From Planctomycetota bacterium (GTDB lineage: Bacteria; Planctomycetota; UBA8108; SXIK01): a DNA stretch of 64,000 bases. The translations under genes were made by a program, and so were the position numbers. Every line of letters starts with the position of its first letter. Position 1 is the first letter of the stretch. Where the stretch lies: contig CBDCXR010000004.1 of the NCBI GenBank assembly GCA_965223845.1, forward strand, positions 320,001 to 384,000, in the 5' to 3' direction. Under the pieces are notes generated by a model that saw nothing but the letters and a program-made list of their open reading frames with translations, had not been told where the DNA came from and ran no database searches. Positions 35,801 to 44,061 of the stretch are shown here, piece by piece.

Positions 35801-37103
35801 CGCGCAGTCGACCAAGTGGCTTCACTTCGGGCTCGGGGAGGCGACCGAGATCGAACGCGTCACGGTGCGGTGGCCGAACGGTGAGGAGGAGGACTTCCGT
35901 GACGTCCGCGCGGGCGGACGCTTCCGTTTGGTGGAAGGACGCGGCGTCGCCGAAGCGTCGCCGAAGCGTCAGCCAGGCGTGCGGCTTGTCGAGACTCCGC
36001 CTCGCGAGTTCACCTCTCGTGAGCCGCGGCGCGTCGTCTCGCGAGCGCGGCTTCCTGTACCCATACTCGAGTACGACGACTTTGACGGCGAGCCGCGATC
36101 GGTGTTTCGCGCCGCCGATGAGGACGCGACCGGCGCGACCGAACCCCGCGCGATGCTTCTCGTTCTGTGGGCGAGCTGGTGCCCGCCGTGCATCCTCGAG
36201 CTCCGCGAGATCGCCGAACGCGCGGGAGATCTTCGCGCAGCCGGTCTCGACGTCGTCGCGCTCTCGGTCGACGGGCTCGCGGAGAAGCCGGGACGCTCGC
36301 CGGCGGAGCTTAGTGACATCATCGCGCAGACCGAGTTTCCGTTCGCAGCGGGCCTCGCTCGCGAGCGCACGCTCGAACGCCTCGAGCGCGTTCACGATCG
36401 ACTCTTCGATCTTCGTCGGCGATTCCCCGTTCCCGTGAGCTTCCTCATCGACGGACGAGGCGAGCTCCTTACGATCTATCGCGGTCGTCTCGGAGTCGAC
36501 GCGCTCCTTCACGACGTGGAGCGGGCGAAGACGCGTACGCTTCGCGCGAGTGCACTCCCGTTCTCGGGTCGGTGGCTGCGCGAACCTGGGCGCTTGAGTC
36601 CCTTCACACTCGTCTGGGAGCTGCTCGCAGGCGGCGACGCACATGCCGGAATCCGGTACTTCGCGAAGCACCACGATCTCCTCCGCGCGCACGTCCGATT
36701 TCCGCAGCTCGCCGTGCTCGCGGGAAACGCACGGCTCTCGCGCGGAGACGTCCGAGCGGCGATGGCGCTCTACCGCGAAGCCATCGCGCGCGACGCGGAA
36801 TACGTCGATGCGCAGAACAACCTCGCGTGGGTGCTCGCGACCCACGCGGAAGACGGCGTCCGCGACGGTGCCGAGGCGGTGCGACTCGCGCAGTCGGCGC
36901 TCCAGAAGTCAGAGGGCAGGTTGACTTCGGTGTGGAACACCCTCGCCGCCGCGCTCGCAGAGGCGGGAGACTTCCCGCGGGCGATCGAAGTGGCCGAGCG
37001 AGCCCTCGAGCTCGCGCGCGACCGCGAGCAGGGCGAGCTCGCCGAAACGATCGAGCGCCGGCTCGCGCTCTACCGAAACCATCTCCCGTACAGATCCCGG
37101 TGA
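32817..37103 (+). CDS. Membrane-anchored TPR + FG-GAP/CRTAC1 + ASPIC/UnbV + TlpA + TPR protein; selenoprotein candidate (1428 aa, in-frame TGA = U839)
   Basis: ORFs ..35333 and 35355.. are in the same frame: ANGYITTEDTGDL-TGA-SFFWRQVVS. The CRTAC1-type propeller continues across the TGA (SFSGRERN..FLN, DWDHDGDLD), followed by SNRDAIGARV...LHFGLG...VRWP (ASPIC/UnbV), WASWCPPC (TlpA) and TPRs. A strong hairpin follows the TGA. Confidence 0.82.
35341..35366 (+). promoter_or_regulatory. Candidate SECIS hairpin after UGA 35331-35333
   Basis: TCTG-GCGACA-[GGTCG]-TGTCGC-A-CGGA: a perfect 6-bp upper stem starts 11 nt after UGA, and CAGGUC resembles the apical sequence of the E. coli fdhF SECIS. Confidence 0.78.
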
Positions 37104-37213
37104 TGCACCCGCATTCTCGCGGAAAGCCGTTGCAAAGGCTGCTAGCGCGAGTTGCGATGTTCGGACGAGGCGTGGGTCGCGTCTCGATCGAAACGGGTCG
37201 GAGGAAAACCATC

Positions 37214-38779
37214 ATGCGTCGTTCTGCCGCCGTCGTCTTCGCGTCCGTTCTCGTTTTCTCCGCGGCGGGAATCGTCTCCGCGGACATCATCGCGCCGACG
37301 GAGGTTCGGGCGACGAGCCAGTTCGGGCTCGGGGTGATCGTCGTCGACAGTCTGATCGACGGCTCGGGACTCGACGGAGCCGGTCCGATCGCGTCTCAGC
37401 TCCACGACAACGACGACGACAACATGTGGTTCTCGGGCTGCGAAGATGCCGGGATCGCAGGAGGGACTCCGGCGGAGTGTCCGACCGGGTTCGAGGTCCC
37501 GCCCGTAGACGAGCAGATCGTCGAGTTCGTCTTCGACACCGCGTACGACCTCGGCTCGGCGCTCGTGTGGCAGTACAACGAGTTCAACGACACGGTCGGA
37601 CCGCTTGCCGAACGCGGCGTGAAGCGTCTCGAGATGCTCGTCTCGCCGAGCCTGGAGGGCGAGTTTACGGCCATCGGCGAGTTCGAGCTCGCGCTGGCGT
37701 CGCCGGGGGACGAGGCCGGCGCGTTCACCGCGCCCGTCCAGAGTCTCGACGTCTGCGATCTCCCCGCGACGGACAGCGTGCGTCGCGTGCGCTTCCATCT
37801 CCTCGAAGCGCACAGCGGCGGCGAGGCGGACTACGTCGGCCTCTCTGAGGTGCGCTTCGAAGGCGTGGAGGCGGCGAACGTCGAGCTCATCACTCCGTCG
37901 GGAATCACCGGGACGAGTCAGTTCGGACTCGGCATCGTGACCGACAACTTGATCAACGGCTCTGGGCTCGATGGCGAAGGAGCCGTCGAGGATCAGCTGC
38001 ACACGAACGACAACGCGACGATGTGGTTCAGCGGGTGCGAGGATGCCGGCCTCCCGGGGGGAACGCCGCCCGAGTGTCCCACCGGCTTCGAGGTGGCTCC
38101 GGTCGACGAGCAGGTCGTCGAGTTCGAGTTCGACGGGAGCTACGATCTCAGCTCGGCACTCGTGTGGCAGTACAACGAACGCTCGGGAATCGGGCCGCTT
38201 CCGGGGCGCGGAGTAAGGACCTTCGAAATGCTCGCTTCGCCGAATCTCACCGACGATTTCGTTTCGCTCGGGACGTACGAGCTTGCGGTGGCGAGTCCAG
38301 CGGCAGAGCTCGGGGTGTTCTCCGAGCCGGCGCAAAAGATCGGCATTTGCGGACCGGAGTCGACCGGGGTCCAGCGCGTCCGCTTCCGCATCCTCGAGGC
38401 TCACAGCGGCGAAGCGATGGACTACGTCGGGCTTTCCGAAGTGCGCTTTCAAGGGACACCGCTCATTCCCTCGGTCGGTCAGCTCGCGGGCGATGCCAAC
38501 CAAGACGGCGACGTGAATGTGAGCGACATCATCACCGGGATCAAGCTCCTCTTCCCGACGTTCTTCCTACTCGATCGGAGTCCGGCATCACCGCCGTGCG
38601 CCACGGACGCCGGCAATGTCGCCGTGCTCGACGTGAACGGGGATGCCGCTCTCAGCGCGGCTGATCTCCTTTACTTGGCGCAGTACCTCTTCGGTGGGGG
38701 ACCCGCACCGGTCGGCGGTGTGTGCATCCGGGTTCCCGAGGCGGACTGTGACGAGAACGCTGCCTGCAGCGGTGGGTAG
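37214..38779 (+). CDS. Secreted protein with two tandem discoidin-like domains and a dockerin-like tail
   Basis: GGAGGA RBS; signal peptide; two ~190-aa repeats TSQFGLG...GSGLDG...MWFSGC...VWQYNE...RGV...RVRF...GLSEVRF; GDANQDG...DVNGD tail. Confidence 0.85.
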   Translation: MRRSAAVVFASVLVFSAAGIVSADIIAPTEVRATSQFGLGVIVVDSLIDGSGLDGAGPIASQLHDNDDDNMWFSGCEDAGIAGGTPAECPTGFEVPPVDEQIVEFVFDTAYDLGSALVWQYNEFNDTVGPLAERGVKRLEMLVSPSLEGEFTAIGEFELALASPGDEAGAFTAPVQSLDVCDLPATDSVRRVRFHLLEAHSGGEADYVGLSEVRFEGVEAANVELITPSGITGTSQFGLGIVTDNLINGSGLDGEGAVEDQLHTNDNATMWFSGCEDAGLPGGTPPECPTGFEVAPVDEQVVEFEFDGSYDLSSALVWQYNERSGIGPLPGRGVRTFEMLASPNLTDDFVSLGTYELAVASPAAELGVFSEPAQKIGICGPESTGVQRVRFRILEAHSGEAMDYVGLSEVRFQGTPLIPSVGQLAGDANQDGDVNVSDIITGIKLLFPTFFLLDRSPASPPCATDAGNVAVLDVNGDAALSAADLLYLAQYLFGGGPAPVGGVCIRVPEADCDENAACSGG

Positions 38780-38780
38780 A

Positions 38781-40214
38781 TTGCGCTCACTCGCGCGTTC
38801 GGCTCGGATTGGCGAGCTCACCGGTGGGATCCGCGCCCTCCTTCTTCTCCTTTCCGCGTTCGTGTTTAGTGCGCGACTCGGCGCGGCGGAGCGACCGCAT
38901 ATCGTCGTTTTCATCTCGGACGATCTCGGCCGGCTCGAGACCTCGGTCTACGGATCGAAGGACGCGAAGACGCCGAATCTCGACCGCGTCGCCTCGGCCG
39001 GAATGACGTTTGAGAGCGCGTACGTCGCTTCGCCCTCGTGCTGTCCGAATCGATATTCGCTTCTCACGGGACTGATGCCGTCGCGGCACGGAGCGCATCC
39101 GAATCACAGCCGCGTGAAGCCGGGGACGAAGTTCCTTCCGCCGTTCCTCAAGTCGCTCGGTTACACGATCGCATCCTTCGGGAAGATCGCTCATCGCCGG
39201 AGCTCGTTTCCGGGCTGCGATTTCAACTCGCCGCGACCGCGTGATCTGTCCGTGAACGTGCGGGACTGGTTCCGCTCAAAGCCGGAGGGGCCGATCTGCC
39301 TCCTCGTCGGAGATCGCCGTCCGCACGTATTGTGGACTAGCGAGTCGATCTACGACCCAAACGCGGTCCGATTGCCTCCCGACTTCATCGACACTCCCGA
39401 GACGCGCGAGCACTGGGCGCGCTACCTGACGGAGATCTCGGGCATGGACGGAGAGATCGGACGCATACTCGCCCTCGCGTCGGAGAACCTCGGCAAGAAC
39501 TTCATCTTTCTCTTCACCAGTGATCACGGCGGGCAGTGGCCGCGCGCGAAGTGGAATCTGTACGACTCCGGGACGCGGATCCCGCTCATCGTCTCCTGGC
39601 CGGGGCGAATCGCCGCCGGCGTTCGGACGAACGCGTTCGTGAGCTGGGTGGATCTCGTGCCGACGCTCCTCGATCTCGCCGGCGGTGAGGTTCCGAAAGA
39701 GATCGACGGTCGCTCGTTCGCCGCCGTTCTCCTCGGGACCGCGACGTCGCATCGTGAACGGATCTTCACAACCCACACGGGCGATGGTGTGATGAATGTC
39801 TTTCCGATGCGAAGCGTGCGCGTAGCCAATTGGAAGTACATTCTCAACCTGCGGCCGGACGCTTGGCACACCACTCACTCGGATCGCTTGCGACGCGATG
39901 GCTCCGGTGCGTTCTGGAACTCGTGGGACGAAGCAGCGAAGACGGATGCCCGAGCAGCATCGATCATCCGGCGCTACCGTACGCGCGCGCGGGAGGAGCT
40001 GTTCGACTTGTCGCGCGACCCGTTCGAGCTCACGAACCTCGCCGCGGATCCGAAGCACCGCGACCGTTTGGCCTCGCTCCGAATGGCGCTCTCGAGCTGG
40101 ACGACGGCGCAGGGCGACTCGCTCGAGCCGCACCGTGATCCCTACCTCCGCTCGAAGCCGATCCCCGACCTGCGACGCGAGCGAGAGCGTTCGAAGCGCG
40201 AGGCGGGACGATAG
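38781..40214 (+). CDS. Sulfatase (formylglycine-dependent S1 family)
   Basis: PHIVVFISDD, CCPNRYSLLTG (CxPxR), GKIAH, SDHG, K.NLYD.G.R.PL motifs; start codon uncertain (GTG 38772 or TTG 38781). Confidence 0.92.
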   Translation: MRSLARSARIGELTGGIRALLLLLSAFVFSARLGAAERPHIVVFISDDLGRLETSVYGSKDAKTPNLDRVASAGMTFESAYVASPSCCPNRYSLLTGLMPSRHGAHPNHSRVKPGTKFLPPFLKSLGYTIASFGKIAHRRSSFPGCDFNSPRPRDLSVNVRDWFRSKPEGPICLLVGDRRPHVLWTSESIYDPNAVRLPPDFIDTPETREHWARYLTEISGMDGEIGRILALASENLGKNFIFLFTSDHGGQWPRAKWNLYDSGTRIPLIVSWPGRIAAGVRTNAFVSWVDLVPTLLDLAGGEVPKEIDGRSFAAVLLGTATSHRERIFTTHTGDGVMNVFPMRSVRVANWKYILNLRPDAWHTTHSDRLRRDGSGAFWNSWDEAAKTDARAASIIRRYRTRAREELFDLSRDPFELTNLAADPKHRDRLASLRMALSSWTTAQGDSLEPHRDPYLRSKPIPDLRRERERSKREAGR

Positions 40215-40282
40215 ACTACCGCTACCGCGTGGGGAGCGTGTCGCACCGCGGAGTCGATTTCGATCCAGAGGAGGTAGCCGCC

Positions 40283-40768
40283 GTGCCGCGCTACATGATC
40301 AAAGAACGGTTTTGGTCCTTCGGCGACACCTTCCAGATCTTCGATGCGGACGGAGAGCCCGCGTACGAGGTCGTCGGCCGAGTCTTCAGCTGGGGTGACA
40401 AGCTCAGCTTCCAGGATCTCGACGGGGCCGAGCTCGCGTTCATCTCGCAGCAGATGCTGTCGTTTCTTCCCCGCTACGAGATTTCGGTCGGAGGAGAGCC
40501 GTTCGCCGAGGTGCGGAAGGAGTTTTCCTGGTTCAAGAAGCGGTTCGCGCTCGATGTTCCTGGTCCCAACGACTACGAGATCGAGGGCTCGTTCTGGATT
40601 CACGACTACGAGTTCCGCCGGCGCGGACGAGTGGTCGCGACGGTGAGCAAGGCGCTTTGGGCATGGACGGACAGCTACGGCATCGAGATCGTCGATGACG
40701 AGGATGACGTGAGCATCCTCTGCGCAGCGATCGTGATCGACCAGGTGCTTCACGACGGAGATTCTTGA
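40283..40768 (+). CDS. LURP-one-related (LOR)/tubby-like protein
   Basis: Y.IKERFWSFGD.F.I.D..G...Y.V.G...SWG.KL...W.DSYGIEI...AIVID; GAGGAGG RBS. Confidence 0.88.
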   Translation: MPRYMIKERFWSFGDTFQIFDADGEPAYEVVGRVFSWGDKLSFQDLDGAELAFISQQMLSFLPRYEISVGGEPFAEVRKEFSWFKKRFALDVPGPNDYEIEGSFWIHDYEFRRRGRVVATVSKALWAWTDSYGIEIVDDEDDVSILCAAIVIDQVLHDGDS

Positions 40769-40901
40769 CGCTTCTTCGATCGAGTTGCCGTCGCGTGCCG
40801 TTCTTTCGAGAAGACGAGGGCCGAATTCGCCGCTACGATCACCGGAACGGCCTCGGGACCTCTCCGGTGGCGCACGCTCACGATCTTGATGGAGGACCTC
40901 G

Positions 40902-42017
40902 ATGCGACGCTTCTACCTCCTCGCGTGTCTCGCGGGTGGTTTGATCGGAACCGCTTCCGAGGTCGAGTCGTCCCGCTCCGATTCGGTTCCCGCGCTTGCG
41001 CTCGCGCATTCAGAACCGGTGCAGGCGGCGCTGTTCAGCCCGGACGGGAAGCGCATCGCCACCGCGGCGAAGAGCGGCGCGGTGCGTATTTGGGATGTCG
41101 CGAGCGGTGAGCGGCTCGAGACCATGGCCGGGAGCTCCCACGGAAAGGCGAGTCGCGACCCGCTCCTCGGGATCGCCTACCGGCCCGATGGCACGCGGAT
41201 CGCCGGACGCTCTGAGGACGAGCACGTCTACGTCTGGAACCCGGTGAACGGCGAGTCGATCGTATCGATCTGCGGCCGCAAGTGGAGCTTCGCCATCGCG
41301 ACGTTCAGTCCGGACGGACGCCACCTCCTCACGGTCGAATACGGTCGAGCGGAGATCTACGACGCCGCGAACGGAAAACACGTCGGCGCGCTTCAGAGCG
41401 GCGACGACGACTGGGTCGAGACGGCGCACTACAGTGCGGATGGCCGACGCATCGTCACCGTTACGAAACGGGGGATCGTGACCGTCCGGGAGGCGAAGGG
41501 GCGTGAGGTCGTTCGCGTGCTGGAAACGTCGAAGCCGAATGCGGATTTCGCTCGACTCGATCGGAAGGGAAAGCGCGTCGTCACGCTCGCCGGCGACCGC
41601 TGGGCCCGAGTGTGGGACGTTGCGAACGGAATCGAGCTCTACTCCGTGCCGATCGGAAAGCGGGGCGTGCAGGGGGCGCGTGTCGCGCGGTTTGGCCCGG
41701 ATGGCAGTGTTCTCGTCACGGCGGTGCGTCAATCCAGCGCGCGAATCTGGGACGCTGCGACCGGGAAGCGGATCGCGACGCTCACGGGTCACGAGAAACC
41801 GATTCGCTCGGTCGCGATCAGTCCGGATGGACGACGAATCACGACCGCGTCGACCGAAGACTCCGCCCGACTGTGGGACGCGAAGACGGGGCGACTTCTG
41901 CGCCTCTTCGAGCACAAGGACAGCGTCTACACGGCGGTGTTCAGTCCGGACGGCAAGCGAGTACTTACGGCTTCGAAGGACGGCGCGGCTTGCGTCTGGG
42001 ACGTTTCCGCGGAGTAG
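40902..42017 (+). CDS. Exported WD40-repeat protein
   Basis: GGAGG RBS; signal peptide; seven FSPDG.R..T...D..AR.WD units. Confidence 0.92.
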   Translation: MRRFYLLACLAGGLIGTASEVESSRSDSVPALALAHSEPVQAALFSPDGKRIATAAKSGAVRIWDVASGERLETMAGSSHGKASRDPLLGIAYRPDGTRIAGRSEDEHVYVWNPVNGESIVSICGRKWSFAIATFSPDGRHLLTVEYGRAEIYDAANGKHVGALQSGDDDWVETAHYSADGRRIVTVTKRGIVTVREAKGREVVRVLETSKPNADFARLDRKGKRVVTLAGDRWARVWDVANGIELYSVPIGKRGVQGARVARFGPDGSVLVTAVRQSSARIWDAATGKRIATLTGHEKPIRSVAISPDGRRITTASTEDSARLWDAKTGRLLRLFEHKDSVYTAVFSPDGKRVLTASKDGAACVWDVSAE

Positions 42018-42023
42018 TAGTTC

Positions 42024-43316
42024 ATGAATCCTTTTCGATCGGGCGTGCTTCCTCGTCTTGCCGCGTTCCTGCCTGCGACCCTCTTCGCGATCGCCCCGCT
42101 GTCCTCTGAAGAACTGGCGAGCTCGCCGGTCGAGCTTCGACGACTCGCGGAGCTCACCGGGATCTGGCGTGTCGAAGGTCGAGTCCGCGCGAGCGCCGAC
42201 CGTCCGTGGATCGAGGTCGCGGGCACTGCTCAGGCTGAGACGATTCGCGGCGGGCGTTTCATCGTCCGCACGTTGCAACTCGCGCCGGCGGGAGAGACGT
42301 CTCCGGCGATCGAGCGGTCGAGCCTCTTCGGTTTCGACGAGCGGGGCGACCGGCTACGCCGGCTCTCGACCGGTTACGGGCGCACCGCGGTGGTCGTCGA
42401 GGATGGAAAAGCAGACGGCGATCGCCTGATCTTCAGCGCCAGTGAGGCGTCTGCGGGCACCCCGGCGCGGCGCTCGGTCATCGAGCAGGCGGGGGCGGAG
42501 ACGCTCAAGGAGACGACGTATTCCGTCGGTTCGGGCGGAAGCGAGAGGCTCGTCGAGTCGCTCGCTCTCGTGCGCACGGAAAGTAAGGCTGCGATTCTCC
42601 CGCTCGTCGCGAGGAACTCGGCGGGGATGGAGCTCTGCCGCATCGATCCCGGGGAGTTCGTCATGGGGAGCGCCGAGTCGGAAAAGGGGCGCGAGGACGA
42701 CGAATCGCCGCAGCGCACCGTTCGGATCACGCGTGCGTTCTATCTCGGCGGCACGGAAGTGACCCAGGCGCAGTGGGCGGACGTCATGGAAACGCGGCCG
42801 TGGGAAGACAACAAGAACATCGAGAAGGGCGAAACATTGCCCGCGGTGCTGATTCGATGGAGCGACGCCGTTCAGTTCTGCCGCAAGCTCAGCGAGCGTG
42901 AAGGGAAAACGTATCGTCTTCCGACCGAAGCGGAGTGGGAATACGCCTGCCGCGCCGGCGCGGCGACGGAGTTCTACTGGGGCGTCGGCTTCGATCCCGA
43001 GTTTGCGTGGAGCAGCAAGAACGCGAAAGGCCTTCAGCCGGTCGCGACGCGGTGGCCGAATGCGCGCGGGCTCTTCGATATGGGCGGAAACGTCTGGGAG
43101 TGGTGCCGTGACTGGCACGGTCCGTATGACGCGGACGGCGGGGAAGATCCCGTCGGCCCGGCGAGCGGTGAGCGGCGCGTGATTCGGAGCGGCTCCTACA
43201 GCAATAGCATGTGGGACTGCCGATCGGGCGAGCGCGGTGCCGTGCCACCCGACGTTTCGTTTGGGGCGAGCGGGTTTCGCGTCCTTCTCGAGATTCCGAG
43301 CCCGAAGTCACGCTGA
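42024..43316 (+). CDS. DUF1579-like domain fused to an FGE-sulfatase (SUMF1/EgtB/PvdO) domain
   Basis: F.MGS...E.P...V.IT..FYLG.TEVTQ.QW, YRLPTEAEWEYACRAG, PN..GL.DM.GNVWEWC, GFRV; the N-terminal L..L.G.W.V.G segment is DUF1579-like. Confidence 0.85.
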   Translation: MNPFRSGVLPRLAAFLPATLFAIAPLSSEELASSPVELRRLAELTGIWRVEGRVRASADRPWIEVAGTAQAETIRGGRFIVRTLQLAPAGETSPAIERSSLFGFDERGDRLRRLSTGYGRTAVVVEDGKADGDRLIFSASEASAGTPARRSVIEQAGAETLKETTYSVGSGGSERLVESLALVRTESKAAILPLVARNSAGMELCRIDPGEFVMGSAESEKGREDDESPQRTVRITRAFYLGGTEVTQAQWADVMETRPWEDNKNIEKGETLPAVLIRWSDAVQFCRKLSEREGKTYRLPTEAEWEYACRAGAATEFYWGVGFDPEFAWSSKNAKGLQPVATRWPNARGLFDMGGNVWEWCRDWHGPYDADGGEDPVGPASGERRVIRSGSYSNSMWDCRSGERGAVPPDVSFGASGFRVLLEIPSPKSR

Positions 43317-43334
43317 GCGAGTGTGCGGTCGCGC

Positions 43335-43883
43335 TCAGCGCCGGCGCCGCGGTCCGCTCAGCTCGACGATCCCGCGGATCCTTCCCCACTCGGCCGCGGA
43401 GTCGCCGAGGTCGTTCCACCGGCCCCGCTGGCGGAAGTTGATCATCCCGAACGGCTCGCCGGCCTGTTCGTTGTTGGGCTCGCCGGGCAACCAGTTGGTG
43501 AACGCGAGCTCCTCGCCGCTCGTCCAGCGCCACTCGCCCTCCGAGTCTTCGTCCGTGCAGCCGATCCACATCGCGTCGCTCCCGAACGTATCGACGACCC
43601 ACTCCTGCTCCTCGGCGTCGTTGATGGCGACGAGGTGGCCGCCGATCTCACGCGCGTACTCCTCACCCTCGTACCACGTACAACCGGACGGAGTGAGTCG
43701 GTAGAGATTCCCGCGGAACTCTTTCCATGTTTCGGGTGAGCTACGGAGAAGATCCCACCTGCGGTAGCGCCAGGAGATCTCGTCCCATCCCGCGATCACG
43801 CCGGCTATGAGGACGATCAAAACGCCGCCGCCGATGTAGATCGCGATCCGTCGCCCGCCGCGAGAGTGCGCTTCGGTTCTCAT
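43335..43883 (-). CDS. Membrane-anchored C-type lectin domain protein
   Basis: TW...E.YA..IGGHLVAIN...EQ.WV, WIG.TD...EG.W.W.SGE...FTNW..GEPNN, WND motifs; N-terminal TM. Confidence 0.9.
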   Translation of the reverse strand: MRTEAHSRGGRRIAIYIGGGVLIVLIAGVIAGWDEISWRYRRWDLLRSSPETWKEFRGNLYRLTPSGCTWYEGEEYAREIGGHLVAINDAEEQEWVVDTFGSDAMWIGCTDEDSEGEWRWTSGEELAFTNWLPGEPNNEQAGEPFGMINFRQRGRWNDLGDSAAEWGRIRGIVELSGPRRRR

Positions 43884-44061
43884 GCCTGCAGCTCCGTAGG
43901 CCACCCAGTCACGATTGTAGCCCGAAATCCCGTTCGCACCGTACGGGGCCGGTCGCTCCCAACTGTTCGTTCGCCCGCCGGAGTTGACTCCCTCTACGAA
44001 CTTGACTACGGTCGATGGGCCAGCATCCGAGTGAGTCAGCGGGCAGATGAAGGGAGGCGCG

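Noticed and set aside
37101-37145. TGA TGC at the end of the propeller gene as a second Sec (U-C)
   Set aside because: It follows a typical TPR-protein terminus (LALYR...PYR), would add only 14 residues before a TAG, and I saw no convincing hairpin.
42024-43316. FGE-domain protein as the maturase of the nearby sulfatase
   Set aside because: It lacks the catalytic Cys pair of true formylglycine-generating enzymes; the region reads RSGSYSNSMWDCRS.
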